Source of the DNA: an uncultured Candidatus Saccharibacteria bacterium
GTDB taxonomy: Bacteria; Patescibacteriota; Minisyncoccia; UBA6257; 2-01-FULL-56-20
Direction of reading: 5' to 3'
Length of the DNA: 64,000 nucleotides
Assembly (NCBI GenBank): GCA_965231155.1
Contig: OZ246418.1
Location: forward strand, 174,850-238,849
Of the stretch, positions 40,850-50,810 are shown piece after piece. Made by a program: the position numbers and the translations under genes. The notes under the pieces are model-generated. The model was not told the origin of the DNA and did no database searches. It saw only the letters and a list, made by a program, of their open reading frames with translations. Position 1 is the first letter of the stretch. The number at the start of each line of letters is the position of its first letter.

Positions 40850-40921
40850 ATTAATCACGAAAAGCAGTTGCTCCATTTTCATAATTTGACACTTTATATA
40901 TATTATGTTATTAACCTATCG

Positions 40922-40984
40922 GTACCAACTCCCAAAGAGTTGGATTGATTAACCCTTAGCCCTCCCCCAAAGGGAGAAAGGAGT
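40922..40984 (+). repeat. 63-bp 5' leader repeat, copy 2
   Basis: Exact copy of 40164-40226; preceded by TTGACA-N17-TATTAA. Confidence 0.95.
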
Positions 40985-40989
40985 CCGAG

Positions 40990-41634
40990 ATGACAAGCTC
41001 ACAAGAACGGTTCCTGGCTCTGGCCAAGGAGCCAAGGTTCAAGGGCTGGCGCATGGTCGGCGAACCGGAACTGGGAGCAAAGATTCCCTTTTTCGGCCAG
41101 GAACTGAGGTACAAGCTCGAAACCGGAAACGGAACCGAGGAGTACGTTTCCCTCCTCAGGCATTTTGGCTGGGTCGTGGTCTTCGGCGTCAACACTGAAG
41201 GCATGGTGGTGACACTGTGCCAGTGGAAGCCTGGCGTGAACTGCGCCTCTTGGGAGCTCCCTCCGGGAGGAATCGGTCGCGTCAAAACCGATCTCTCTTC
41301 GGATGAGCTTCTCAGGAAAACCCAGGAAGCGTATACTCGCGAAACCGGATACGCTGGCGGCACTTGGAACTACCTCGGTCACGTCATGATCGAGAGCGGC
41401 AAGTATCGCGGCGCAACGGTCGACGACCACGGACTGAAGGCTCACATGTACCTCGCAACTGGTCTGGAGAAGGGAGCGGAAGCTCGCAATCCCAACCCGA
41501 ACGAGATCATGGAAACGATTCTCGTCCCCTTGGACGAGTTCCGCGAGATCGTGTTGAGCCCGAATCGACTCTTCAAGGAAGCCTCGGCTCTGCCTTGCGC
41601 TCTTCTTGCTTTGTCGAAACTCGGCAGGTTGTAG
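40990..41634 (+). CDS. Nudix-fold protein with a degenerate Nudix box
   Basis: WELPPGG...TQEAYTRETGY, HMYLATGL, NEIMETILVPL; N-terminus resembles 32004-32594. Confidence 0.8.
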   Translation: MTSSQERFLALAKEPRFKGWRMVGEPELGAKIPFFGQELRYKLETGNGTEEYVSLLRHFGWVVVFGVNTEGMVVTLCQWKPGVNCASWELPPGGIGRVKTDLSSDELLRKTQEAYTRETGYAGGTWNYLGHVMIESGKYRGATVDDHGLKAHMYLATGLEKGAEARNPNPNEIMETILVPLDEFREIVLSPNRLFKEASALPCALLALSKLGRL

Positions 41635-41651
41635 CAAATCTGCCTTTATGC

Positions 41652-41687
41652 AAAGCCTTAGGAGAAATTTTCTCCTAAGGCTTTTTT
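41652..41687. terminator. Bidirectional intrinsic terminator
   Basis: AAAGCCTTAGGAGAA-ATT-TTCTCCTAAGGCTTT. Confidence 0.88.
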
Positions 41688-41712
41688 ATATATTTCTCAC
41701 AGAAAGACTCTC

Positions 41713-42714
41713 CTAACTCTTCGTCGCGCCCCACTTCTCCAGATCAGCGTCCATCATAATCTTTACCAAGTCATCAAATTTAGTCTTTGGTTCCCAATCA
41801 AATTTGTTCTTTGCTTTCGACGCATCGGCAATTAAGTCTTCTACCTCGGTAGGACGATAGTAGCGAGGATCGATCTCTACATACTGCTCCCAGTCATTGA
41901 TCCCGGCGTGTTTGAAAGCCGCTATCAGAAAATCTTTTACTGAATGACTCTCGCCAGTGCCAATCACATAGTCATCAGGTTCTGACTGTTGCAACATCAT
42001 CCACGCTGCTTCCATATATTCTGGTGCATATCCCCAGTCGCGCCGTGCCTCCAAATTCCCAAGATATAATTTCTTATCCAATCCAGCAACGATTCGCGCA
42101 ATCCCCCGAGTAATCTTTTTAGTGACAAATGTTTCTCCCCGACGAGGACTTTCGTGATTAAAAAGAATGCCATTGACTGCAAAGATATTGTAGGCCTCCC
42201 GATAGTTCTTAGCCGTATGATACGCAAACACCTTGGCACAGCCATATGGACTTCGCGGATAAAACTGAGTCAGTTCATTTTGGGGAGGTGGGGTAGCACC
42301 AAACATCTCTGAAGAAGAAGCTTGGTAAAATTTTATTTTCTTTCCCGTGTTTTCCTCAAAATCTTTAATAGCCTCGAGTACACGCAGTGCCCCGACACCA
42401 ACAATCTCTGCGGTATATTCAGGAATATCAAAGCTCACCCGGACGTGAGACTGCGCACCGAGATTATATATTTCGTCTGGTTCAATCTTATAAATCAGCC
42501 TGCGGATTGTGTTGGAATCAGAAAGATCGCCAAAGTGGAGCTTGAATGTCGCTCCAGAAAGATGCGGATCTTGATAAATATGATCAAGTCTGGCCGTATT
42601 GAACGTTGAAGCCCGACGCATGATGCCATGCACCTCGTACCCCTTCTGGAGGAGAAGTTCTAATAAGTAAGAACCATCCTGACCAGTGATACCCGTGATG
42701 AGGGCTTTTTTCAT
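41713..42714 (-). CDS. gmd: GDP-mannose 4,6-dehydratase
   Basis: [38 protein letters not shown]. Confidence 0.98.
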   Translation of the reverse strand: MKKALITGITGQDGSYLLELLLQKGYEVHGIMRRASTFNTARLDHIYQDPHLSGATFKLHFGDLSDSNTIRRLIYKIEPDEIYNLGAQSHVRVSFDIPEYTAEIVGVGALRVLEAIKDFEENTGKKIKFYQASSSEMFGATPPPQNELTQFYPRSPYGCAKVFAYHTAKNYREAYNIFAVNGILFNHESPRRGETFVTKKITRGIARIVAGLDKKLYLGNLEARRDWGYAPEYMEAAWMMLQQSEPDDYVIGTGESHSVKDFLIAAFKHAGINDWEQYVEIDPRYYRPTEVEDLIADASKAKNKFDWEPKTKFDDLVKIMMDADLEKWGATKS

Positions 42715-42717
42715 AAA

Positions 42718-43380
42718 CTATTTTGCCTTAACAGCACCTGTGTTTAGCTGCCTCTTCTTTAAGAACTCATCAAGTAATTGTTGTGTTTTCGTATCAGTTG
42801 GCCACAAGGTCGTGATCTGATTAGCAATAGCAGTAGTCTTATCGACATCTCCCTGAAGACGATAGAGATCAAAAAGCCCATATAAGAACTGCGGTCGATT
42901 CGGAGCCATTTCATGTCCCAAAGAATAATATTTCTCTGAGGTAGCTAAATATTTTGGATTTCTAGTCTGGACGTAGGCGACCTCATTCATTGAACCCAGT
43001 ACGAATAGATTCTGACCAAAACTCATACCTCGCCCATCCTGCATCATTGGCGCATACAAACTTTCCACATAGCGAAGTAGTTCTTCAGTTGCAGGCGCCT
43101 GGGCAGCGCTAAATCGCTGAACCGTAGAAAGAATGACGCTGGAGAAATGACGGATGGCTTCTCCTTGTCCGATAGGCGAGGGAATAGCAAACACTTCGTT
43201 AAACGCCATCTTCACATCGTCAATGGAACGCATATTGTCCATAGACTGCAATGTAATAATAAATGTTTCTGATTTTTTGAGTGGGAGATACGAGCCAAAA
43301 TAAATTAACCAAAGCAGGAACAAGCTCCCCACAATCGCAACCACCTGTTTGATGCCCGTATCGTTTCTTGGTGTGTTCAT
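42718..43380 (-). CDS. Membrane-anchored helical-repeat (TPR-like) protein
   Basis: N-terminal TM and helical repeats (HEMAPNRPQFLYGL); directly downstream of the O-antigen ligase gene. Confidence 0.55.
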   Translation of the reverse strand: MNTPRNDTGIKQVVAIVGSLFLLWLIYFGSYLPLKKSETFIITLQSMDNMRSIDDVKMAFNEVFAIPSPIGQGEAIRHFSSVILSTVQRFSAAQAPATEELLRYVESLYAPMMQDGRGMSFGQNLFVLGSMNEVAYVQTRNPKYLATSEKYYSLGHEMAPNRPQFLYGLFDLYRLQGDVDKTTAIANQITTLWPTDTKTQQLLDEFLKKRQLNTGAVKAK

Positions 43381-43396
43381 AGGAATGTTGAATGTA

Positions 43397-44863
43397 TTAT
43401 TTTCTTATTGGAGCTGAATCTGTCTTAAAAATAAAGCTCGCCAATGCCAAAAAGAAAAAGAGGTTTATATAGATTGGCAAAACATCAAAGAGGATGAGGC
43501 CCTGCACAAAATATCCAACCGGCACGACACCAATCAATCCCCAGGCCCAAGGAGAAAGGTAAAACTTCTCTCTTGGTGTCTGCGGTAGATCATCTTTGAA
43601 ACCTCGAATTTTCACTCCAAAGAACTGGAGATAGAAGACAATAAATATACTCAAGAAACTCAACACTCCAAGCAATCCTGTTTCCGCGAGGTAATCAAAG
43701 AAAACACTGTGCGCCCGATCAAACCAAGTCTCACTATTCTGACCAGGAACAAAATGCCTCTGATCGAAATGGCGATCAAAAACAGTACTGAAATTTTCTG
43801 GACCCCAGCCTAAAAGAGGGCGCTCCTTAAATCCTTGCCAGGCACTATTCCAAGTCCAGAAACGGGTCTGAGCAGTTTGCTCACTGAAACCAACATTGAA
43901 AAGCCTTCCGATTGGCAACTTCTGAATAGCGGGGGTGCGACCCAAAGAGAAAAGCGTTCCCACGCCTAAAACTGCAAAGAGAAGGATTCCTCCTGTCCAC
44001 TTTCGACTTGGCTTATGGGTAATAGCCATATAGACCAGGAATGCAAATACCGCGGCTAGAAGTCCCAAGAATGCTCCGCGTGTCTGACTAACTAAAAAGA
44101 AGAAAAAGAAAATGAAAACAGTAGCAATATAAAGTAACGCCTCCAAAGACCGATTCTTGAATCGTCGTTCAGACCACAAGAAAAAAGCATACGCCATACT
44201 AAACATTAAATATGGCGCGACATAGGCCGGATTTCCTAGAGATCCCTGGAAGCGTGTTCCGGTAAACAATGCTGATAGCGTCTTAGGCAGTTGGTCTTTT
44301 GGAGTCCCCTGGTATGGGGTAATGAAACGACTAATGAAATTATTACAGGCAGTTATATTGCCTTTGAAATCATACGTGCAAAACCAGCTCTGATTATGAA
44401 GGAAAAGGAATCCAAAGACACCATAAAGAATCATGAGACAGGCGGCCAAAAGGAACATCTTCAAGGCCCAAATCCAGTCTGTTTTGGTGCGCAAGGTGAG
44501 TACGGCAAGCACAAAAAAGGCGTAGTAATGAAGCATCTGGAACGCACCCTCACCTCGTTCAAAGTTTGACCAGAAAGCACCATTCACGTCGTACGCAAAA
44601 AGAGCGGCGAGAAGGAAAGACAACACAAAAGCAGAAACTGCCAAAAATAGTGGTCTTGATAACAAGTCTTTGATCGCTTCTCCTGATTCTTTGGCGCTGG
44701 CCTCAAAAGCCCACCACAGCAACCAGGCGATCGCCGAAAGTGATATCATCGTCCGAAAGAAGTAATATTTTCCCCCAATAAAAGGGAAGAATGTGGCGGT
44801 GAGTACGATGACGACTGAGAAAATTGAAGCGTACAGAAACCACCGAGAAATCTTAAGGAGCAT
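43397..44863 (-). CDS. O-antigen ligase / Wzy_C family protein
   Basis: SLGNP, TRGAFLG, RPLLGWGPENF, DRAHS...LAETGLLG. Confidence 0.9.
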   Translation of the reverse strand: MLLKISRWFLYASIFSVVIVLTATFFPFIGGKYYFFRTMISLSAIAWLLWWAFEASAKESGEAIKDLLSRPLFLAVSAFVLSFLLAALFAYDVNGAFWSNFERGEGAFQMLHYYAFFVLAVLTLRTKTDWIWALKMFLLAACLMILYGVFGFLFLHNQSWFCTYDFKGNITACNNFISRFITPYQGTPKDQLPKTLSALFTGTRFQGSLGNPAYVAPYLMFSMAYAFFLWSERRFKNRSLEALLYIATVFIFFFFFLVSQTRGAFLGLLAAVFAFLVYMAITHKPSRKWTGGILLFAVLGVGTLFSLGRTPAIQKLPIGRLFNVGFSEQTAQTRFWTWNSAWQGFKERPLLGWGPENFSTVFDRHFDQRHFVPGQNSETWFDRAHSVFFDYLAETGLLGVLSFLSIFIVFYLQFFGVKIRGFKDDLPQTPREKFYLSPWAWGLIGVVPVGYFVQGLILFDVLPIYINLFFFLALASFIFKTDSAPIRK

Positions 44864-44879
44864 ATGATTTAATAAAAAA

Positions 44880-46400
44880 TTATTTAGCGTATTCGACAGC
44901 TCGCGTTTCGCGGATCACGTTCACTTTGATTTCGCCAGGATATCGTAACTCGGACTGTATGCGATTGGCAATCTGACGGGCCATCTCCAAAGCACCAAAA
45001 TCATCAATCTTTTCCGGGACGACAAACACTCGCAGTTCACGCCCTGCCGAAATAGCATACGAGCTCTTCACTCCTGGAAACTCGCCAGCAATTTTTTCGA
45101 GATCAGCCAAGCGCTTTACATAATTTTCTAAAGTACCTCGACGAGCGCCAGGGCGGGCCGCCGAGAGCACATCGGCTGCCGTCACCAAGAAAGCTTCGGG
45201 AATAGCATATGGGTACTCGTCATGGTGCGACTGCATAGCTTCAATCACTTTCTCATCGACACCATACTTCTTCAGAATTTTTCGGCCAATTTCCACATGA
45301 GTTCCCTCAACTTCATGGTCAATTGCCTTTCCAATATCGTGGAGCAAGGCACCTTTCTTGGCCACCGTGACATTTAATCCCAGCTCGGACGCAAGATACG
45401 AAGCAATATGCACCATCTCGAGTGAGTGATTCAAGACGTTCTGACCAAAGCTGGTACGGAAGTGCAATCGTCCCACCAGTTCCAAAATCTCCTTTGGTAG
45501 ATCATAGATACCAACTTCCATGGCCGCCGCTTCTCCGATTTCACCAATTCGCTTCTGCAACTCCTGCTTCGCTTCCTCAACCTTCTCCTCAATTTTTGCT
45601 GGCTGAATGCGCCCATCTTTAATTAGCTTCTCTAAGGCCAGCAATGCCACCTCTCGACGGAATGGATCGAAGGATGAAATAACAATCGTGTCTGGTGTCT
45701 CATCGATAATAAACTCCGCACCGGTTTCTCTTTCCAGGGTACGAATGTTTCTTCCCTCGCGACCGATGATCTTACCCTTAATCTCTTCGTTGTTCAGATG
45801 AAACACAGAGGTAGTCATCTCAGCCACATGAGAACGTGCATACGTCTGAAGCGAAGTAGTAATAACTTCGGACATCTTCCGATCAATTTCTGCCTGACGC
45901 TCCTGAACCAACTTCTTCGAGAGTACTAAAATATCCTGACGATACGACTCCTCGATCTGACGGAACATCTCCTCCTTGGCTTTTTCCGGAGAAAGACCGC
46001 TTACTTCATGTAATCGCTTCTCAATCTGTTTTCGCTTCTCATCTAAATCTTTCTGATCCTCGGCGATCTTATCAATCTTCACTCGATATGCCGCCTCCTC
46101 TCGGTGCAGTTCACTTAGGCGCTTGTCCAAGCCCTCTTCTCGTTCAAGGACTCGCTTTTCTAAACTGATAATCTCGGCTTTTCTTTCGCGGTCTTCTTTC
46201 TGTAACTCCGCCAAAACATCGGCCGCCTTCTTCTGCGCCTCGACAATAATTGCTGCTGCCTTCTGTTCTGAGGCCTCTAAATTCGCCTTAGACTTCTCCT
46301 CGAGCGAACTCGCCTGTCTGGTTCCCCAGACGTGCCGCACTCCGTATCCCCCTGCAATCCCTGCCACAAAGATCCCCAAGAGTATTGGTAGATTTTCCAT
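44880..46400 (-). CDS. rny: Ribonuclease Y
   Basis: TM and coiled coil, KH domain (KGKIIGREGRNIR), HD domain (LLHDIGK). Confidence 0.98.
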   Translation of the reverse strand: MENLPILLGIFVAGIAGGYGVRHVWGTRQASSLEEKSKANLEASEQKAAAIIVEAQKKAADVLAELQKEDRERKAEIISLEKRVLEREEGLDKRLSELHREEAAYRVKIDKIAEDQKDLDEKRKQIEKRLHEVSGLSPEKAKEEMFRQIEESYRQDILVLSKKLVQERQAEIDRKMSEVITTSLQTYARSHVAEMTTSVFHLNNEEIKGKIIGREGRNIRTLERETGAEFIIDETPDTIVISSFDPFRREVALLALEKLIKDGRIQPAKIEEKVEEAKQELQKRIGEIGEAAAMEVGIYDLPKEILELVGRLHFRTSFGQNVLNHSLEMVHIASYLASELGLNVTVAKKGALLHDIGKAIDHEVEGTHVEIGRKILKKYGVDEKVIEAMQSHHDEYPYAIPEAFLVTAADVLSAARPGARRGTLENYVKRLADLEKIAGEFPGVKSSYAISAGRELRVFVVPEKIDDFGALEMARQIANRIQSELRYPGEIKVNVIRETRAVEYAK

Positions 46401-46590
46401 AAAAATAATAGATTCCCAAATGCAGTTTTAAGTTTTTGAGCATTCTTGATTCGGGAAAAAGAGACTTTTTTAACCTAAATTGGTTGTACCCATTATAGAT
46501 TAATGTAGGTACTAAGTCAAAGGATCGCTCCTCTCTAAAGTACGTGCACATTTTGGTCAATGGTTCTTTTTCCTCTACAATAGATAGTAC

Positions 46591-48120
46591 ATGAAACCTG
46601 TCACTGTTCTTATCGTGCTTGATGGTTGGGGAATCGGTCACAACGATGACTCAAACCCGATGCGCAAAGCCAAACTACCCACCTTCGACTGGCTCTACGA
46701 GCACTTTCCGGTCACCAGTCTTCAGGCTTCGGGGATTAGCGTTGGTCTACCGTGGGGCGAAACTTCAAATAGCGAGGTTGGTCACTTAACTATTGGTTCG
46801 GGGAAGATCGTCTACCAGTACTACCCTCGAATTACATTGGCTATCCGCGACAATAGTTTTTTTGAAAACCAAGCTTTCCTCCAAGCCTGTGAACACGCTC
46901 GAAAAAATAACTCGGCGGTCAATATTATGGGACTTCTTAGCAAAGGAAATGTCCATGCCTCCGTTGAACATATGCGCGCGATGATTAAATTAGTTGAGGA
47001 CCAGAAGGTTCCCTACAAACTTCACATCTGGGCTGATGGCAAAGACACTCCACCAAAAAGTTTTGAAGATTTAATAAAAAATGTGCCTCGCGAAAAAATC
47101 GCCACCATTATTGGTCGCTATTATGCCATGGACCATGGTCGCAACTGGCGCTCAACTGAACGAGCCTACCAGGGACTTACCACTGAAAGTGGTGAGGTGG
47201 TGAACGATTGGAAACCAACGCTCGACAACTTATACGATCAAAAATTATCAGAAGAGTTTCTCCCGCCCCTCCGCCTCCAACCCGGTGTGCCAATTCAAGA
47301 TAACGAAGCAATTATCTTCTGCAATTTTCGCGAAGATGGCGTCCGACAAATTGCCGAGGCGTTTCTCCTGCCAAACTTTGATAAATTTCCGGTCAAAAAA
47401 TTCCAGAATCTTTTTGCGGTGACGATGACTCGTTATGAGAATACTATTACTGCACCCGTGGCTTTTCCACCAGATGATGTAAAAAATCCATTGGGCAAAG
47501 TGCTTTCGGATAACAATCTTTCTCAACTACGTCTGGCCGAGACTTATAAATACGCGCACGTCACCTACTTCTTTAATGGTTACGAAGAGAAACCTTATCC
47601 AAATGAATATCGCATCCTTGTCCCCTCACTCACTACCCCTAAGATCGACGAGCATCCAGAGATGATGGCCACTGCCATCACCGATCGTGCCTTGGCGGCG
47701 ATCCAGGACCACTCTTTTGATTTTATTCTTATCAACTACGCCAATGGCGATATGGTCGCCCACACCGGAAACTATGATGCCGGAATCAAAGCGGCAGAAG
47801 TGATCGATCAAGAAATTGCCCGTATTCTCAAAGTGGCTCTTTCTGCCCCAGCCAATATCCTCATTACCTCAGATCATGGCAATCTTGAAGAAATGTTCAA
47901 TCCCCTGACTGGACGATACGAAACTCAACACGATCCCAGTCCAGTTCCTTGTTATCTTATTGGTCCAGGTCTAGAAGGAAAAAAATTTATTAACCAAGAT
48001 ACCTATGCGCAAGAAACATTAGGGATTCTTTCTGATGTGGCACCGACAGTTCTCCATATTCTTGGAGTTACGCCACCACCAGATATGACTGGACACAATC
48101 TTCTCGAAAAACTAGTATAA
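46591..48120 (+). CDS. gpmI: 2,3-bisphosphoglycerate-independent phosphoglycerate mutase
   Basis: LDGWG, NSEVGH, GRYYAMD, DMVAHTG, SDHGN. Confidence 0.96.
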   Translation: MKPVTVLIVLDGWGIGHNDDSNPMRKAKLPTFDWLYEHFPVTSLQASGISVGLPWGETSNSEVGHLTIGSGKIVYQYYPRITLAIRDNSFFENQAFLQACEHARKNNSAVNIMGLLSKGNVHASVEHMRAMIKLVEDQKVPYKLHIWADGKDTPPKSFEDLIKNVPREKIATIIGRYYAMDHGRNWRSTERAYQGLTTESGEVVNDWKPTLDNLYDQKLSEEFLPPLRLQPGVPIQDNEAIIFCNFREDGVRQIAEAFLLPNFDKFPVKKFQNLFAVTMTRYENTITAPVAFPPDDVKNPLGKVLSDNNLSQLRLAETYKYAHVTYFFNGYEEKPYPNEYRILVPSLTTPKIDEHPEMMATAITDRALAAIQDHSFDFILINYANGDMVAHTGNYDAGIKAAEVIDQEIARILKVALSAPANILITSDHGNLEEMFNPLTGRYETQHDPSPVPCYLIGPGLEGKKFINQDTYAQETLGILSDVAPTVLHILGVTPPPDMTGHNLLEKLV

Positions 48121-48126
48121 GAATAC

Positions 48127-48480
48127 ATGATTCGTGTTCTCGCGGCCCTTATTGGAAATACTTTTGCCCTCCTCTTGTCCCAGGCGATTGTTCCCGGCCT
48201 TCAACTTTCGCCCAATTTCTTTGACACTCTGATCCTCGCTCTGGTTCTTACCGGGTTAAACTTTTTCCTTAAACCAATCCTCCATCTCATTTTCGGTCCA
48301 ATTATCATCCTCACCCTAGGAATTGGAGCCTTCGCAGTGAATATGGTGATAATTTATATTCTTGACATTCTCTCTAAAGCGATTACGATTCAAGGGAATC
48401 TGATGATAACGTTGCTTTTCACCTCGTTCATCGTCAGCCTGGTCAACACTATCATCCATTCGACTCATAAAAAATCATGA
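48127..48480 (+). CDS. YvlD/phage-holin-4 family membrane protein
   Basis: LNFFLKPIL...PIIILTLG; 4 TMs. Confidence 0.8.
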   Translation: MIRVLAALIGNTFALLLSQAIVPGLQLSPNFFDTLILALVLTGLNFFLKPILHLIFGPIIILTLGIGAFAVNMVIIYILDILSKAITIQGNLMITLLFTSFIVSLVNTIIHSTHKKS

Positions 48481-48695
48481 TCTTTAGCCTCCTTCAACTC
48501 ATTACCGCAATTGCAATCATTACCCTTATTCTCCTTCAGGAGCGTTCCAGTGGTGCCTCTGGTCTTTTGGGTGGCGGAGATTCTACTCACAGTTTTTATC
48601 AGGCACGTCGTGGCGTGGAACGCATGATCTTCCGATCAACAATCGTTCTCGTTGTCGCCTTTGCTGTTCTCTCGGTTTTCCAGTTGTCGGCGTAA
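48477..48695 (+). CDS. secG: Preprotein translocase subunit SecG
   Basis: ILLQERSSGASGLLGG...RRGVER, two TMs. Confidence 0.9.
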   Translation: MIFSLLQLITAIAIITLILLQERSSGASGLLGGGDSTHSFYQARRGVERMIFRSTIVLVVAFAVLSVFQLSA

Positions 48696-48805
48696 AAAAA
48701 TCTCATCCCCACTTCGCGGTGGGTTTACTATTTCCCCTTCTCTCGTCATACTTTATAGAGAAAGTTTTTAGTGTCTCTTGTATCACCTAATTTCTTGCTA
48801 CTTCT

Positions 48806-50434
48806 TTGATCTATCGTTTTAAAAAAATCTGGCTCGCCTTAAATAACCAAGAACGCCAGTACGCCGTCTTTTTTTCTATCATCGGTGGTATTGCGCTCTG
48901 TGTTGTTCTCTGGCTCCTCTTTACCGCAATCACTACTCCCGCCCCCGCAACTGGAGGATCTTTCAAGGAAGGTGTTGTCGGCCAACCAGCTAGTCTCAAT
49001 CCACTCCTCTCAAAAAATGAAGCAGAAGCGGATCTTTCCCGTCTTCTTTTTTCTCCCCTCTCGCAGCTAACCGAAAGCATTACCCTCTCTAAAGACGGAA
49101 CTTTCTGGACAGTCCGCCTCAAGGAAAACCTTTCCTGGCACGACAAAGAACCAATCACCAGCGATGATATTATTTTTACCATCCAACAGATTCAGGACCC
49201 TAGTGCCAATGCCCCACTCTTCAGTACTTTTCAGGGCGTGAAGACTGAACGCCTTAGCGAACGAGAGGCGAAGGTAATTCCTGCGTCACGCACCTCACCG
49301 TTTCTTTTTGAAACACGCATCGCTGATTTACAAATTATTCCCCGACATATCTTTTCCTCAATTCCTCCCCACAACTGGCTTCTTTCTGAGTACAACTTGA
49401 AACCGATTGGCAGTGGTCCCTACAAATTCGAGAAACTTATCCTCCAAAACGATGGTTTCCTTGAAAGCTATACACTCTCTTCGTTCCAACAAGGGAATCT
49501 CTCTCATACTCCCTATATCTCAACCTTTATTGTCCGTTTCTTTAAAAATAAACAGGAGGCTGAATCGGCTTTTCGCTATGGTCGCATCGACGGCATTGGA
49601 GGTGTCGATCCATACGAAGCAAAATCTATCAGTCGTCCAGCCCAAACACTTCTCTACCAAACCAATGGATACTACGCGGTTTTTATGAATCAAAGCCGAA
49701 ACGAACTCCTACGAGAACTATCTATCCGCAGAGCATTAAATAATAGTGTTTCCCGAAAAGAATTGGCCACTAAAGTTCTTAATGACTACGGCCAACCCAC
49801 ATTCGGCCTTATACCCACCACCGAAACCACCACGCTTTCGGACAGCCAGGTGATACTGACCGCTCTCGGTCTCACCAGAAACGACAGTGACAAACTCGTA
49901 GAAGCTAATGGTCAGGGCATTAAACCGATCGAACTTATCGTCCCGGAACTGCCCTTCCTCGAACACACCGCAGAGATTCTTAAAACTTCTTGGGAAAAAC
50001 TTGGATTTACCATAACCATAAAAACACTGCCAATCGAAACAGTAGTCAATGAAACAATCCCGCGTCGTGATTACGAGATGCTTTTGTTTGGAAATATTCC
50101 AAAACCTGCTGAAGATCTCTACCCATTCTGGCACTCTTCTCAGATCTTCCATCCCGGACTAAATCTTAGTCTCTATAAAAATAGCCAATTAGATAGCTTA
50201 TTAACTGAAACAAGAGCAACCCCAAGCAGTACTGAAAGAATGACGACCCTGAAAAAAGCTGATCAGATCATACAAAACAATCTACCGGCAATCTTCCTCT
50301 ACTCTCCTGCTTATGTCTATCTGACCGTCAAACAAGTTGGTGGCGTTACTCCAACAAGTTCTTTCTCTTCTCCGGCTGATCGATTTTATGATGTCGCCGA
50401 GTGGCACCTAAGAACAAAACGGATACTTAAGTAA
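48806..50434 (+). CDS. ABC transporter substrate-binding protein, family 5 (peptide/nickel type)
   Basis: GGSFKEGVVG, WHDKEPITSDD, PIGSGPYKF, YPFWHSSQ; start codon TTG is uncertain. Confidence 0.88.
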   Translation: MIYRFKKIWLALNNQERQYAVFFSIIGGIALCVVLWLLFTAITTPAPATGGSFKEGVVGQPASLNPLLSKNEAEADLSRLLFSPLSQLTESITLSKDGTFWTVRLKENLSWHDKEPITSDDIIFTIQQIQDPSANAPLFSTFQGVKTERLSEREAKVIPASRTSPFLFETRIADLQIIPRHIFSSIPPHNWLLSEYNLKPIGSGPYKFEKLILQNDGFLESYTLSSFQQGNLSHTPYISTFIVRFFKNKQEAESAFRYGRIDGIGGVDPYEAKSISRPAQTLLYQTNGYYAVFMNQSRNELLRELSIRRALNNSVSRKELATKVLNDYGQPTFGLIPTTETTTLSDSQVILTALGLTRNDSDKLVEANGQGIKPIELIVPELPFLEHTAEILKTSWEKLGFTITIKTLPIETVVNETIPRRDYEMLLFGNIPKPAEDLYPFWHSSQIFHPGLNLSLYKNSQLDSLLTETRATPSSTERMTTLKKADQIIQNNLPAIFLYSPAYVYLTVKQVGGVTPTSSFSSPADRFYDVAEWHLRTKRILK

Positions 50435-50439
50435 TAAGG

Positions 50440-50468
50440 TTGACGGATCCCTTTGCTGGTTGTAGTAT
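50440..50468 (+). promoter_or_regulatory. Sigma70 promoter upstream of a structured leader and tRNA-Leu
   Basis: TTGACG-N17-TAGTAT. Confidence 0.55.
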
Positions 50469-50640
50469 TATCGTAACGTTTGAAACTCTCCTTTATGTCT
50501 TTTGTTTCTTTTTCGTCCACGAAGGAACTCGCCGCTTAGGCAGTTTTTAGGGCGTTATTAGAAATTCGAGAGAAAGATTTCAGAGGGGATCGCTTGCTGA
50601 GGTGGCCCCGCCTAGGCGGGACAAGAGTTTAAAAAGTTAG

Positions 50641-50723
<83 letters not shown>

Positions 50724-50810
50724 CTAGAATTAGGAAGATAGTAGTAAAATAATGGTCGATAATCATATCTTTCCTATTCGTTATTAAGTTACATTATTAA
50801 ATAATTATAT

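Noticed and set aside
40164-40984. The 63-bp direct repeat read as a CRISPR array, IS ends or integron attC sites
   Set aside because: There are only two copies, separated by a whole gene, and no cas, transposase or integrase in the window. It lacks the RYYYAAC/GTTRRRY attC ends and lies between promoter and start codon.
40999-41637. 212-aa minus-strand ORF
   Set aside because: It is antisense to the Nudix-fold gene, which has a promoter, SD and terminator.
48127-48480. 'Phage holin' family gene as evidence of a prophage
   Set aside because: It is a YvlD-type membrane protein in a housekeeping gpmI-secG context with no phage genes nearby.
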